Source: Escherichia phage vB_EcoM_005. Taken from it: a stretch of 64,000 nucleotides of DNA. The notes below the pieces were generated by a model. The model had not been told where the DNA came from and made no database searches. It worked only from the letters and a program-made list of their open reading frames with translations. The stretch lies in sequence record MK295203; one strand, 5' to 3'. The translations under genes were made by a program, and so were the position numbers. Positions 27,103 to 37,491 of the stretch are shown here, piece after piece; positions within the stretch are counted from its first letter, which is position 1; each line of letters begins with the position of its first letter.

Positions 27103-27948
27103 ATGTCACAGGCAATTAATCAAATTCGTTCTGAAGTTAAAAAAGTTATTAAATTTGGTCGTATTCCACTGAATAAAGAAGTGGTTGAAAAGGTTTTGGC
27201 CATGATGTGGGAAAAGTTTGAAGTTTGTATTTCTGTAGATGAATTCACTAAAATCTTTGACAAGACTAAAGGTTTGTTTACGTTAGAAGACCGAGTCATG
27301 AAATCTCTTCACAGGGCCGGTATGTTGACTCGTGCTAACGCCAGAATTATTCTTAGAAATTATAACAAAGGCTATGACCTCTACGGTCGTTTAATCCCGG
27401 CGATGTCATTTGATGAAGTTGTTAAAGACCTTAATGCCAACCAACGACGTCTACTGGCTCTTGGCGCTCGCCTTGCAAAAGGTCTTGATAAACAAATGAC
27501 CTTTAAGACCAATGGTTCAGGCGATTGGATTATCTTTAGTATTGTTAACCACCCCAGAAATGAAAATGAGTATACTATTTCCCATTACAGTGGATGTCAA
27601 TACGACAACTGGAAGTTCCATCTGCGCTTAGCCCTGTCTGAATTAGAACAGCATGGTGTTCTTAGTTTTGGTGATGCCGAAACTGGAGTGGGTCAGCGTA
27701 TTAAACTTTATAAAATTAAAGACCTGGCTGAAGAGCCTTCAGAACAAGCTCCTAAACCGGAACCTGTGCCAGTGCGCAGCAATGAGAAGCATCAATCCCA
27801 GATTGAGTATTTTAGCAATTTGCTTACTTGCTTGAATGTTACAATCCAACAACAAGATGATGAGATTTTCCGACTCTCTGGTCTGAATGCTAAAGCTAAG
27901 GCTGAACGTCAAAAATATATCGATATCCTAAATCTTCTTAAGGATTAA
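27103..27948 (+). CDS. hypothetical protein
   Basis: 281 aa; leader actgaggaaattattatgtcacaggc shared with gene at 34276. Confidence 0.5.
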   Translation: MSQAINQIRSEVKKVIKFGRIPLNKEVVEKVLAMMWEKFEVCISVDEFTKIFDKTKGLFTLEDRVMKSLHRAGMLTRANARIILRNYNKGYDLYGRLIPAMSFDEVVKDLNANQRRLLALGARLAKGLDKQMTFKTNGSGDWIIFSIVNHPRNENEYTISHYSGCQYDNWKFHLRLALSELEQHGVLSFGDAETGVGQRIKLYKIKDLAEEPSEQAPKPEPVPVRSNEKHQSQIEYFSNLLTCLNVTIQQQDDEIFRLSGLNAKAKAERQKYIDILNLLKD

Positions 27949-27949
27949 T

Positions 27950-28165
27950 ATGGCTACTTTAATTATTGGTTCTATTTTTGGATACCTTGTGATAGGATTC
28001 ATTACTACCGTATTAATCCATAAATTCGATGGCCATTTTGAAAGAGGTGACAAGTATGATGCAGTATTCACTACCCTTGCATGGCCTATATTCTGGATTG
28101 TATGTATTGTTTTGGTAGTAGTGTGGCCTATGGCTAAATTCTATGAAAAATTATTTGGACTTTAA
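27950..28165 (+). CDS. small membrane protein
   Basis: two TM helices, 71 aa. Confidence 0.5.
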   Translation: MATLIIGSIFGYLVIGFITTVLIHKFDGHFERGDKYDAVFTTLAWPIFWIVCIVLVVVWPMAKFYEKLFGL

Positions 28166-28166
28166 T

Positions 28167-28949
28167 ATGAACATTAAAACACGTAAAGAATATTCTCGAT
28201 ATGATTTTGATACCACACGTCGTATCGCTATTGACCGTCTGGCAGACTTTGGCCATATTTGTAATGGTAATTATACTTATGGTGTAGGTCGTAAAGGAAC
28301 TTATATTGGTTCTTTGAACGATTATTGCCGTTGCCCGGCCCACCTGTTTGGTGCAACATTGCGAGCTAATATCAAAGACCTCTTGGCTACAGCAGGGCGT
28401 ATTTCTACGGTTCCTGTTAATATCAAAAATATTAATTTTACAGCTCGTAACCTGGTCATTAATATTTTGGCAGACGGTATTCAAGTTCGTTTCCGTCCTA
28501 CCTCAAAAGGTAATAAAGCCCTTCGTGAAGCATTTGAAACCGTTAATGTTAAACTAACTCGCGAATATCTTTTGTCTTACGCCCCTTATCAATCCCAACA
28601 AAAGGAACCACAAATGGAACGTCGTATCTCTATCTCTACATCTGCGGTATCATGTGACAGCGTAGGCCAGTATGCAGCCTATGACAAATTCAAAACCACC
28701 GCTGTGCCGAGTCCATTCAATTCCAAACCGTATCATTGGAAAATTGCACCTGATAATTCTATGGTGGTTACTAACCCTACGATGAAACCTATCGAGAAGT
28801 ATCATGAGGACTACATCCAGGAATCAATCCACCGTTTAAACGGTCAAATCGAAGATGAGAAAAAGAGTATCCAAGACGTATTGATTCGTATCAAGAACAT
28901 GGAACTCCAGCGTGACAAGCTCCGCGCGGCAGTATTAGCTCTAAAATAA
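28167..28949 (+). CDS. hypothetical protein
   Basis: 260 aa from ATG at 28167. Confidence 0.5.
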   Translation: MNIKTRKEYSRYDFDTTRRIAIDRLADFGHICNGNYTYGVGRKGTYIGSLNDYCRCPAHLFGATLRANIKDLLATAGRISTVPVNIKNINFTARNLVINILADGIQVRFRPTSKGNKALREAFETVNVKLTREYLLSYAPYQSQQKEPQMERRISISTSAVSCDSVGQYAAYDKFKTTAVPSPFNSKPYHWKIAPDNSMVVTNPTMKPIEKYHEDYIQESIHRLNGQIEDEKKSIQDVLIRIKNMELQRDKLRAAVLALK

Positions 28950-28950
28950 T

Positions 28951-28980
28951 GTTTACATCCAAGGATGGATGGAGTATAAT
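28951..28980 (+). promoter_or_regulatory. T4-type early promoter
   Basis: GTTTACatccaaggatggatggagTATAAT. Confidence 0.6.
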
Positions 28981-29008
28981 CCTTTTATCAACTACTGAGG
29001 AGAATATC

Positions 29009-29920
29009 ATGACTCGTACTGAATACATCAATGCCTTTACTACGTATATCACTGCTGCCACCCCTCCATTAACCCCATACGAGGTAATAGTTTCTAATAT
29101 CAATAAATGGGTAGACCAAATTGATGAAGCACTATCTGGTTGTTTCAAAGATGAAATCGAAAAGATTGCGAGTCGTTTGTTTATTTCTGATATCACGGAA
29201 ACTTTTAAAGGTTCTCGTTTGCTTTCACGCCTGGTCAATAAGGACATCCTTTCAGAGTTTGGCAAAGAGAAACATCCAGGTTCCAGCCATGTTGTTAGCT
29301 ATCAATGGTTTGGTGACGTTTTAAAAAGCTATGTCAAAATTAAAGGTGCCGATCCTAGTGGCCTATTTCCACAACGTTGGGCTGGTGAATTTAAGGCTAA
29401 CTCCGCATTAATTCTAAAAGCAGCAACCAAAACCTTTGTAAAGGGTGATTGTCGTACTATCCACCCTATGGCTAATTGCATGATTAAAACAAACAGCTAT
29501 AAAGGGAAGGTACTTATTTCTATTATTTGGTCGCCTAGTCGGAAACCTAAAGAAGTTGAAGTTTCGAAATACCACGATATTTCCTACAATACCCTGAATA
29601 TGGTAGAACAGGCTTTAGCTTTGATGGATACAGTAGAGAAATATGAGATTCAAGAAATCAAACACCACTTAGGCTGGAAAGGATATGAAGTTTTAGTAAC
29701 AGTTCGCGAAATCAAATGCCCTGTTCCAAAAACCGACGCTGAAATTTATCAAGAAAAATGTGAGGAAATTGTGAACACTGATAAAGAGCCTGCAACCTTA
29801 GAAGACCTGATTGATGAGCTGAATAGCCCGAGGCTATTGGCCTGTGCACAAATTACTAAATCCAAGTTACCAGAAGTCGTTGCGGACCGTCTTGAACAGG
29901 CTCTGGAGCTGCTGAAATGA
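29009..29920 (+). CDS. hypothetical protein
   Basis: 303 aa from ATG after actgaggag SD. Confidence 0.5.
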   Translation: MTRTEYINAFTTYITAATPPLTPYEVIVSNINKWVDQIDEALSGCFKDEIEKIASRLFISDITETFKGSRLLSRLVNKDILSEFGKEKHPGSSHVVSYQWFGDVLKSYVKIKGADPSGLFPQRWAGEFKANSALILKAATKTFVKGDCRTIHPMANCMIKTNSYKGKVLISIIWSPSRKPKEVEVSKYHDISYNTLNMVEQALALMDTVEKYEIQEIKHHLGWKGYEVLVTVREIKCPVPKTDAEIYQEKCEEIVNTDKEPATLEDLIDELNSPRLLACAQITKSKLPEVVADRLEQALELLK

Positions 29921-30249
29921 AACAACGTTTAGCTGAAGATATTGCTTCAACAACCAATACAGGTTTATTGGAATTTATTAAAGCCGAGGATGTTGAAGCT
30001 GAATTGGTTGGTAAGATTCATGGTGATGAGTATAGTGATGTCGTTAATTGGGACGCTGTGATGGCCATGGTTGAACGTCGTGAAAAAGCTTCTAAGAACG
30101 TTCCGAACTGTCCTATGTGTGGAACTGAACAGGTCCAGTTGGTTCAATGGCGGCATAATCCACTTCAGTATAAATGTCGCATGTGTAAACACAAATTTGA
30201 GCGAGACGAAAATGGCAAAGCGCAAAGAATATGTAGAGGCGGCCGATAA
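29917..30249 (+). CDS. zinc-ribbon protein, hypothetical
   Basis: CPMCG...CRMCKHKF four-Cys motif. Confidence 0.5.
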   Translation: MKQRLAEDIASTTNTGLLEFIKAEDVEAELVGKIHGDEYSDVVNWDAVMAMVERREKASKNVPNCPMCGTEQVQLVQWRHNPLQYKCRMCKHKFERDENGKAQRICRGGR

Positions 30250-30448
30250 GGCGGTCCGCGAACTTACTCTAGCTTATTATAAAGAGCACGGTAAATTTCC
30301 TGACAGTTATTCAGTTTTAAAATCTGCTTTAACTCGCTCGTATAATAATATACTATCTGATGTGTATGATTTAAAATATGAGCACATGGAAAAATATGGA
30401 ACAGAACTTGACCGTTCTGAAGCATTCAAACAAATATTAGGAATTTAA
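30212..30448 (+). CDS. hypothetical protein
   Basis: 78 aa from ATG at 30212; overlaps upstream ORF by 38 nt. Confidence 0.4.
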   Translation: MAKRKEYVEAADKAVRELTLAYYKEHGKFPDSYSVLKSALTRSYNNILSDVYDLKYEHMEKYGTELDRSEAFKQILGI

Positions 30449-30449
30449 A

Positions 30450-30614
30450 ATGGATGTGATGCCGGAAAAAGGTGTATTTGATGATGAGAAGATTGCTGAA
30501 CTCCTGGCTTCTCTTGGACGTGAATCTCAGGTAGGTTTGACTATGCCTCAGGTATTTGCTCCGGACGGAACTTCTATTGGTGGCTTTGACCAATTGCGAG
30601 CATATTTCAAATGA
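30450..30614 (+). pseudogene. nrdC: nrdC (phage glutaredoxin/thioredoxin) 3' remnant lacking the CxxC active site
   Basis: 54-aa ORF MPEKGVFDDEKIAELL...GLTMPQVFAPDG..IGGFDQL..YFK matches the C-terminal part of recalled T4 NrdC; upstream portion replaced by unrelated ORF. Confidence 0.6.
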
Positions 30615-30901
30615 TTGAATTAAATGAACAGACTATTTTTCTAGGTGATGGTACCGAAGATGACCTGGAATATAAACTATACGAATATATGGTTTGGCTG
30701 GCTAAAGCAGAAGGTATTGACTTTGCTGTAGCTCACCCGTATGGCGAGAACACCGTTGTAATCGGTGGCACTGCTTATGAAGTCCAATGGCAATACGTTG
30801 GGCTTGAATCCGAAGAATTTGAAGAAGATGAACACGGTGATTGGCACCCAGTCGGCCCTTGGTACTGGGAAGATGGTGAACCCGATTTTGAAGTAGCATA
30901 A
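30611..30901 (+). CDS. hypothetical acidic protein
   Basis: 96 aa, Trp/Glu rich. Confidence 0.45.
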   Translation: MIELNEQTIFLGDGTEDDLEYKLYEYMVWLAKAEGIDFAVAHPYGENTVVIGGTAYEVQWQYVGLESEEFEEDEHGDWHPVGPWYWEDGEPDFEVA

Positions 30902-31257
30902 AGGCCGTCTGATTGAACATTCGCTTTATGAACTTTCGGATTCAGGTTCTTTACCTGACCTAGAATCCGATTTGATTAAAGCTGCTGCTGACTATATCCA
31001 TTGGCTTGAAGCTCAACTTCGCTTTGCTGATAAGGCGTTCTGATGAAAACTAAATTAGTCTATACCGAAAAGTTGGATGGCAGTAAGGTCTGGAAACTTC
31101 TTATCAAAGGAAGTCCTACCGACCAGTTTATGGCCACCTGTGTAGGATTGTATACTCGCCCTACCAAAAAGATGATTCGTCAATTTAAACGGTTGCATCG
31201 TTCGTTCTATAATGTTTAATAAATACCTATATCTAATTATTATTAAAGGTATAGGTC

Positions 31258-32232
31258 ATGCAAGATTTCGGACATTGGGCGGTATTTGAAGAAACCGATA
31301 TTAAAAACCATATTGGATTTGTATACGTAATCACTTTTGAAGATGGCAAAAAATATGTAGGTGCTAAAAAGATTTGGAAACGAATTAAAGCTGCACCTTG
31401 CACATTTAAACGCGGCCCTAAAAAAGGATTTGAAGAATCTGATTGGAAAACCTATACCTCATCATCTAATGAACTAAACGCAATGATAGAAAAGGGTATA
31501 AGTCCTAAAGAGTACCTTATTGTAGGATGGTATCCTACTTGGGGTAAAACTCTTATGGCAGAAATGGAAATGCAATTAGCCAATGATGTTTTACGAGACC
31601 CTATGTGGCTTAACAAGCAAATTGGCGGACATTTCAACCCTAACTGCTTTGACGATTTAACCGCTGACGAAGTTGGCAAGTATATTAAATCTGGGTGGCA
31701 ATTTGGTCGTTCTAAAACAGAAAAACATTCTGTTACCTATAATTGCTCTAAATTTACTATATGGGACTATCAAGAAAATAAAGCAGTGGAAGTTCTAAAT
31801 CAAAATGAGTTTGCTCGTAATAATGATTTAAGTAGCAACCATCTAACTAGACTACTTCAAGGAACTCTCGACCTTATTAAAGATCGCTGGGGACTTCCAC
31901 CAGATATTGCTCGTCAGCGTTATAAATTTCAGGACGTTTCTTCAGGAACAAAATTTTTATCTAATTCTGAGTTAGAAGAATTTTACGGTATGACTCGCGG
32001 TCAGGCTAACAAAGCCGTTAAAGATGGAAGAGCCGTTAAATTGGTAGTCGAAAGCAAAGAAGACCACATTAAAAAACTTGGCTCTATCGAATTGGTAAAA
32101 ACCGAAAAGACAAAAGTTACGTCTCAAGTAATGCTTAACAGTTTTAAAGATATAGTTAATCCTATGACCACTGCCGAAAAATCAGAAATGATTGAATGGT
32201 TGGAAAGTTATATAACTTATTTGAAATCTTAA
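31258..32232 (+). CDS. GIY-YIG homing endonuclease-like protein
   Basis: N-terminal GFVYVITFEDGKKYVGAKK (GIY...YIG pattern) with downstream conserved R/E/N; 324 aa. Confidence 0.6.
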   Translation: MQDFGHWAVFEETDIKNHIGFVYVITFEDGKKYVGAKKIWKRIKAAPCTFKRGPKKGFEESDWKTYTSSSNELNAMIEKGISPKEYLIVGWYPTWGKTLMAEMEMQLANDVLRDPMWLNKQIGGHFNPNCFDDLTADEVGKYIKSGWQFGRSKTEKHSVTYNCSKFTIWDYQENKAVEVLNQNEFARNNDLSSNHLTRLLQGTLDLIKDRWGLPPDIARQRYKFQDVSSGTKFLSNSELEEFYGMTRGQANKAVKDGRAVKLVVESKEDHIKKLGSIELVKTEKTKVTSQVMLNSFKDIVNPMTTAEKSEMIEWLESYITYLKS

Positions 32233-32373
32233 TGAGGAAATCGCTTAAATGATTAATTTTTATGGCTATACATTTTATGCTTTAGCCGAATCTCTGAACG
32301 ATGCGGTTCGTATTATGGGTGTTGAGTATCCTGCTCAATGGATATTTGTTGTAACTAATACATGGACTATCGT

Positions 32374-32589
32374 ATGAACAAATTTCGTAATGCCGTTTCC
32401 GATATCCTGGCTAATATCACATTAGTTCTGTTTATCGTATGCCTTTTAATCCTGGCTATTCCGTTTGGATTGCTGTTCATGATTATTGGTGCTCTGAGTA
32501 CTGAAAAAGGTCTTGAAGGGTCCGAGTTCGACAAACGAATCCAGGCTGTTCATAGTGTTATTTCTAAAATGATGAAGGTGAAAGAATGA
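32374..32589 (+). CDS. small membrane protein
   Basis: single long hydrophobic stretch. Confidence 0.45.
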   Translation: MNKFRNAVSDILANITLVLFIVCLLILAIPFGLLFMIIGALSTEKGLEGSEFDKRIQAVHSVISKMMKVKE

Positions 32590-32885
32590 AACGTTTTGAA
32601 GAATATGTAGCTACTAATTGGACCGCATGGGACAAGTTTGGTGATGATTGGTACTTCCATGACTGTGACCTGAACCCGGAATTCTTTGTCGATAAGGAAG
32701 AAGACCTTAAAGACATCTATGCTCTGTCAGAGATTCATGGTATTAAACCAACCGTTTATTTCTCTTTCGATGACACAGGTTTTCTTGTACAGGTTTACGT
32801 CCCATACAACACTAATGATGACGAAGAAGTTATCAAAACTTGGGACTACCAAGGAGTTATTTCCTATGGACCAAAAGTTAACTAA
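32586..32885 (+). CDS. hypothetical protein
   Basis: 99 aa. Confidence 0.45.
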   Translation: MKRFEEYVATNWTAWDKFGDDWYFHDCDLNPEFFVDKEEDLKDIYALSEIHGIKPTVYFSFDDTGFLVQVYVPYNTNDDEEVIKTWDYQGVISYGPKVN

Positions 32886-33084
32886 AATCGAAATCTACGG
32901 TATCCCTGAGACAGTCATGGATGACAAGCCTCTTATAGTATCATTGGCCAAACGTGCCGGCTTCAAGAGCTTAGCGATACGCTATCCTGTCATATTTGTC
33001 GATAATAAGAAAATAGAAAATATTCCTGCCTTTAAGTCACTTTTGATTGAACTTGGTTATGACCGAGATTTAATTGAAGATTAG
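32866..33084 (+). CDS. hypothetical protein
   Basis: 72 aa from ATG after ggag SD. Confidence 0.4.
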   Translation: MDQKLTKIEIYGIPETVMDDKPLIVSLAKRAGFKSLAIRYPVIFVDNKKIENIPAFKSLLIELGYDRDLIED

Positions 33085-33085
33085 T

Positions 33086-33114
33086 GTTTACTTCCTCTCC
33101 TCACGTGTTATAGT
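33086..33114 (+). promoter_or_regulatory. T4-type early promoter with 13-nt inverted repeat (tctcctcacgtgt / acacatgaggaga)
   Basis: GTTTACttcctctcctcacgtgtTATAGTctatcctatcaacacatgaggaga. Confidence 0.65.
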
Positions 33115-33143
33115 CTATCCTATCAACACATGAGGAGAACATT

Positions 33144-33320
33144 ATGACTATCCAAGATAAAGAAATTAAAGTCAACCAGTATTATTCAATCAACGGCAAA
33201 GCTGTTCTAGTAACTGAAATATCTAGCCTGGATGTGTGGTATACCATAATTGACCTTAATATTAAAATGATTTGTGACCGTGGTGTATTTTGTTCGATAG
33301 CTAAGGAAATCAAATTATGA
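33144..33320 (+). CDS. hypothetical small protein
   Basis: 58-aa ORF after SD gaggag (below track threshold). Confidence 0.35.
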   Translation: MTIQDKEIKVNQYYSINGKAVLVTEISSLDVWYTIIDLNIKMICDRGVFCSIAKEIKL

Positions 33321-33571
33321 GCCTGAAATTACATTCAATGAAAAATGTCGTCACCCTTAATCTTGATGATGAACGTTTGATTTTTATCACCACCACAGAT
33401 AAAAATATTGAAATCGCTAACGGCCCGAAAACTTATTGCTGTCCTGTTAAGAATTGGAAACGCGTAACATTTCTTACTCTGGCCGAACGCCTGAAAGATA
33501 TTAAGTTAGATTTGGATGTCAAAGATGTCCAATATATTAAAAATCTTATTGGATACAAACTGCTGAGGTAA
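33317..33571 (+). CDS. hypothetical protein
   Basis: 84 aa. Confidence 0.45.
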   Translation: MSLKLHSMKNVVTLNLDDERLIFITTTDKNIEIANGPKTYCCPVKNWKRVTFLTLAERLKDIKLDLDVKDVQYIKNLIGYKLLR

Positions 33572-33573
33572 CT

Positions 33574-33867
33574 ATGGGTAAAACTATTCGTCGTAAAGAA
33601 TTGTCTGTAAAAGATTTTTATTATTCTGGACGCCGTAAAGCACCGGACGGCGTAAGTCAGGATTTGGTTGAAGAAAATATCTTCCGTTCTGACAAGTGGA
33701 AACGTATGAGAGGCGTTGATTCCGAAGTTAAGAATGAAATGAACCGCCAACTTCGTAAAGAAGTGAGAAAGCTGAAAAAAGATGTTTACAACGACGATGA
33801 ACCTGATTACAATACTTCTCATCGAGTTGCAAAACGTAAATCAAACGAGTGTTATCGTTACAGCTGA
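33574..33867 (+). CDS. hypothetical basic protein
   Basis: 97 aa, Lys/Arg-rich. Confidence 0.45.
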   Translation: MGKTIRRKELSVKDFYYSGRRKAPDGVSQDLVEENIFRSDKWKRMRGVDSEVKNEMNRQLRKEVRKLKKDVYNDDEPDYNTSHRVAKRKSNECYRYS

Positions 33868-34006
33868 GGAAAATATGAATATTAAACGAATGCTTTTTAA
33901 GCAAGGGTTATATACTTTAAATTCTGCTCCAAAAGGCGATACAACCAAGGGGTCAGTAAATGACTGGGTTAAATTCATTGATGAAAATGGCAATTGGAAA
34001 ATTTAA

Positions 34007-34207
34007 ATGAATCCTGAATCTAAATTATCACAGCGAATTGCTGAAGCTCGTCGTCAGTTCTTTGAAAATATGATGGCTCAAGGTATTGATGACGAAGTTT
34101 TTCTGAACTGGTTTTGGAATCACAAATATTCAGCTTGTTCAGGCGCTTTGTTAATTTCCGCAGCAATGATGTATGAAGGCTGGAAAGGTGCTAAAGCACA
34201 AAAATAG
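34007..34207 (+). CDS. hypothetical protein
   Basis: 66 aa. Confidence 0.4.
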   Translation: MNPESKLSQRIAEARRQFFENMMAQGIDDEVFLNWFWNHKYSACSGALLISAAMMYEGWKGAKAQK

Positions 34208-34236
34208 TTTACAAACTCTTGGGACCAGAGTATAAT
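34207..34236 (+). promoter_or_regulatory. T4-type early promoter with hairpin around -10
   Basis: GTTTACaaactcttgggaccagagTATAATggtcc; ggacca/tggtcc inverted repeat. Confidence 0.6.
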
Positions 34237-34275
34237 GGTCCTACGGATTATAACTTTAAAACTGAGGAAATTATT

Positions 34276-34605
34276 ATGTCACAAGCTATTAAAAACGTAC
34301 TGAACTCTTTCGCTTTCGATAAAGTAAACGAACTGATGAAAACTGGTTTTGTAACTCCTCAGGTTCTTGACCAATGGGTTGCTGAACTGTTACCAATCAT
34401 GCACTCTAAAGACCAGAAAATTGGTAAGAATGGTATTCGTGAAATCCTGGTTCAATATATCCTTGATGAATTCGATGTCGCAGCCTTTGGTGTCGAATCT
34501 AAAGCTTGGGCCCCTGGTGAAATCTCTGATAAAACTATCCGTCGTATGAAGAACCAGCGTAAGAAAAAATTCGTTGACCTTAAAATTGTTAAGGCGGCGA
34601 AATGA
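34276..34605 (+). CDS. hypothetical protein
   Basis: 109 aa; leader shared with 27103 gene. Confidence 0.5.
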   Translation: MSQAIKNVLNSFAFDKVNELMKTGFVTPQVLDQWVAELLPIMHSKDQKIGKNGIREILVQYILDEFDVAAFGVESKAWAPGEISDKTIRRMKNQRKKKFVDLKIVKAAK

Positions 34606-34868
34606 TTAAAATAAAACTCTCTAATTACGATAAAAACTTGGAAATGATTGCTATGAAAGAAGAACTCCTGAATGATGTCCGCTTTACAGGTTATGCAGTT
34701 CAATTTAATGGTGATGGGGTTCTTCAAATTGAAGGCGACCACTTTATTATTGAATACGAATTTAAACAGTATTGGCTTTACGCGAAGGACGAAGTTGGCG
34801 GTGTTGATTACGTCGACGAGTTCGATAACCTAGATGATGCCTTGGAAGGAGCTCGATTCCTACAATGA
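34602..34868 (+). CDS. hypothetical protein
   Basis: 88 aa. Confidence 0.45.
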   Translation: MIKIKLSNYDKNLEMIAMKEELLNDVRFTGYAVQFNGDGVLQIEGDHFIIEYEFKQYWLYAKDEVGGVDYVDEFDNLDDALEGARFLQ

Positions 34869-35128
34869 AACCCATATCCACCACCCTCGCCTACGAAGGT
34901 CTCGGATTTTTCTTAATAGATAACTGTATGGATGTTGAGTTTGTTTGTGGTGAGACTTCTTTAGTATGGAAGTCTCATATTTCCAAATACAACCATCGTG
35001 AATATCCAGGTCTTTTTAAAGAATTTTGTGGATATATGTCTGAACACGGGTGTACTGATACAATTTCTTATTCCGAGTTCATACAAATCCTTGAAACAGT
35101 ATTTCAGGCTTATTGCTTACTCCGTTGA
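34865..35128 (+). CDS. hypothetical protein
   Basis: 87 aa. Confidence 0.45.
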   Translation: MKPISTTLAYEGLGFFLIDNCMDVEFVCGETSLVWKSHISKYNHREYPGLFKEFCGYMSEHGCTDTISYSEFIQILETVFQAYCLLR

Positions 35129-35194
35129 TGCTTTAAAAGGGTCTTCAAATACTATGATATAATAGACCTATGATTTGAGTTATCTGAGGTAACA

Positions 35195-35752
35195 ATGACC
35201 AAAATTAAACTGACTAAAAATAATTATGTAAATAACAAGGAGCTTCTTAAAGCTATTACAAGTTGGAAGCAGGAATTATATGCTAATACCGACCCTAATA
35301 AAATCATTAGACAAAATGATACTATAGGATTGGCTATTATGCTTATAGCAGAAGGCCTCAGCAAGCGTTTCAACTTCTCAGGATATACCCAATCTTGGCG
35401 GCAGGAAATGATAGCTGATGGAATCGAAGCTTCGATTAAAGGTCTTCACAACTTCGACGAAACAAAATATGACAACCCACATGCATATATCACTATGGCT
35501 TGTTTTAATGCCTTCGTTCAGCGTATCAAAAAAGAACGTAAAGAAATGGCAAAGAAATATAGCTACTTCGTCCATAATGTCTATGACAGCAATGATGACG
35601 ACATGGTAGGTATTGCAGATGAAACCTTTATCCAAGATATCTACGACAAAATGACTCAGTATGAAACCTCTTTAACTAAAGCACCAGGGTCTGATAAGAG
35701 TGCCGAACCTAAAGTTGGTGAACTGGATTTTTTATATGGAACATCAGATTAA
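35195..35752 (+). CDS. 55: late-transcription sigma factor gp55
   Basis: [79 protein letters not shown] strongly matches recalled T4 gp55. Confidence 0.9.
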   Translation: MTKIKLTKNNYVNNKELLKAITSWKQELYANTDPNKIIRQNDTIGLAIMLIAEGLSKRFNFSGYTQSWRQEMIADGIEASIKGLHNFDETKYDNPHAYITMACFNAFVQRIKKERKEMAKKYSYFVHNVYDSNDDDMVGIADETFIQDIYDKMTQYETSLTKAPGSDKSAEPKVGELDFLYGTSD

Positions 35753-35966
35753 TATCACTCCACTTTTAGATGGAATGGAAGACTTCGAAGCACTCCCTTA
35801 TTTTATTAAATTGATATTACGGGATGTTAAAGGCCTTCCTATTGATATTGACCCACTTAACGTCAGGAATATTGAATTCACTTCTCCTGACAATAACGTA
35901 GATTATCGTTATCATGTTGAGAACGCTAATTTCTACTTCACTATTGAATTGACTCCAAAGGATTAA
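35736..35966 (+). CDS. hypothetical protein
   Basis: 76 aa from ATG overlapping the gp55 3' end. Confidence 0.4.
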   Translation: MEHQINITPLLDGMEDFEALPYFIKLILRDVKGLPIDIDPLNVRNIEFTSPDNNVDYRYHVENANFYFTIELTPKD

Positions 35967-35967
35967 T

Positions 35968-36279
35968 ATGCAAAGCCATGACATTTCTCAATTGACTGAT
36001 GAGCAAATTGAAGAAGCCCAGCAACGTTTAGAAGAGCACAATATTAAAGAAGCTAATTCTCAAGCGGCTAAGATTCTTAAGAAGAATGCTCGTGAAATCC
36101 GTCGTTTAAATCTCCATGCCCAAGGCGCTGTACTTGAAAACAACTTTGAAGCATATAAGTACGCTTTAATTAAATTACGTGGTATTTACCGTCAACCTGT
36201 TACTGATGAACTTGTTCAATTGATGTGGGAATCTACCCGCAAACAAATTTGGGAAATCGTCAATGGCTCTAGTAAATAA
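35968..36279 (+). CDS. hypothetical protein
   Basis: 103 aa. Confidence 0.45.
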   Translation: MQSHDISQLTDEQIEEAQQRLEEHNIKEANSQAAKILKKNAREIRRLNLHAQGAVLENNFEAYKYALIKLRGIYRQPVTDELVQLMWESTRKQIWEIVNGSSK

Positions 36280-36463
36280 ACCCTTTAAACGGCTTCTTAT
36301 TGGAGCCGCCTTTAGACTTCGCTCATACGGTAATATCTGTATTAAGCAGTCCGAAACCGAATACAAAATGATGGGCCAATATTCTGATGGTATTTTTAAG
36401 ATTGAGCCTGTAGCCAAGGTTTGGGTAGATTCGCACCAACTTAAGAAATGGTGGCAACGATGA
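36263..36463 (+). CDS. hypothetical protein
   Basis: 66 aa. Confidence 0.4.
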   Translation: MALVNKPFKRLLIGAAFRLRSYGNICIKQSETEYKMMGQYSDGIFKIEPVAKVWVDSHQLKKWWQR

Positions 36464-36684
36464 TAACATGGACAGGTGGCTAATGAAAGACGAATACGAA
36501 AAAGTTTAAGAGGTTGTATGAATGACGAATTCGATGGATTTTGATAAGATTAAATCTGACAAAAACGAGATGATTCTTCAATTTGAAGCCGCTCGTATTA
36601 AAGCAGAAAACGAAGGTACTATTACATATAAGCCTATCAAGTTCAGGTCTTCTCATGAACCTCTGTATGGTGTATTAGTTGGTA

Positions 36685-36707
36685 AAGGAGCTTAGGCTCC
36701 TTTTTTG
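36685..36707 (+). terminator. rho-independent terminator
   Basis: aaaggagcttaggctcc + TTTTTT. Confidence 0.75.
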
Positions 36708-36735
36708 CTTTCTGAATGGATGATAAAATAAATCT

Positions 36736-37491
36736 ATGAAATACATCACATACCTGACAATATATTCCGGGACTAAGCTTCCACCGTTTTATATAGGGTC
36801 TACCACTTTGGAGAAGCATTTAAAAGGATACCACGGGAGTGTCCTTTCTAAAGCATATAAAGAAATCTATAAAAATGAGCTTTTAGAGCACCCAGAATTA
36901 TTTGACTCATGTATTGTAAGTGAACACCCTACAAGAGAAGAGGCTTTAGAAGCTGAAAGAATGTACCAGTTAAGAACCGATGCGGCCCAAAATCCTCTAT
37001 TCTTTAATAGGGCTGTCGCAGCTCCTAAAGGATTCTTTGGGCTTTCGCTACCTAAAGAGCAACACCCTCTTTACGGCTCTCATAATGCTAAAGGGTATAT
37101 TCATTCCTATAATCCTGTTACATTGGAACAAACCTTTGCACCTACAGTCCCCGAAGGATATGTAGAAGGTCGTTCACCTAATTATAAAGCATCTAGTCAT
37201 AATAAGGGCAGGAAGTGGTATAACAATGGTGTTGACAAAGGATTATTTGTAGAAGGAAAACAACCCGAATCTTGGGTTCTTGGTGGTTTTCTAACCGATG
37301 AGCATAAGAAAAACTTGAAAAGAACTGATGGGATATATGACGGCAATTATCACAATTTAGTTTATAAAATTTTTAAGCCTACCGTTACAATTGTTAGACC
37401 TAAGAAAATCTGGGTTAATGACGGCATAAAAAGCTTTATGATTTCTGAGATAGAATTTAATAGTGAAATACATTATAAAGGTAGATTATGA
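36736..37491 (+). CDS. GIY-YIG (Seg-like) homing endonuclease
   Basis: N-terminal YITYLTIYSGTKLPPFYIGST (GIY...YIG), downstream conserved Glu/Asn; 251 aa; lies between 55 and 47 where T4 carries a-gt. Confidence 0.6.
   Translation: MKYITYLTIYSGTKLPPFYIGSTTLEKHLKGYHGSVLSKAYKEIYKNELLEHPELFDSCIVSEHPTREEALEAERMYQLRTDAAQNPLFFNRAVAAPKGFFGLSLPKEQHPLYGSHNAKGYIHSYNPVTLEQTFAPTVPEGYVEGRSPNYKASSHNKGRKWYNNGVDKGLFVEGKQPESWVLGGFLTDEHKKNLKRTDGIYDGNYHNLVYKIFKPTVTIVRPKKIWVNDGIKSFMISEIEFNSEIHYKGRL

Noticed and set aside
35114-35163. MotA-dependent middle promoter upstream of gene 55 (TGCTTA box at 35114-35119 and TATAAT at 35158-35163)
   Set aside because: Spacing between the putative MotA box and the -10 element is about 38 bp rather than the ~12-13 bp expected, so the two elements do not form a canonical middle promoter; left unannotated.
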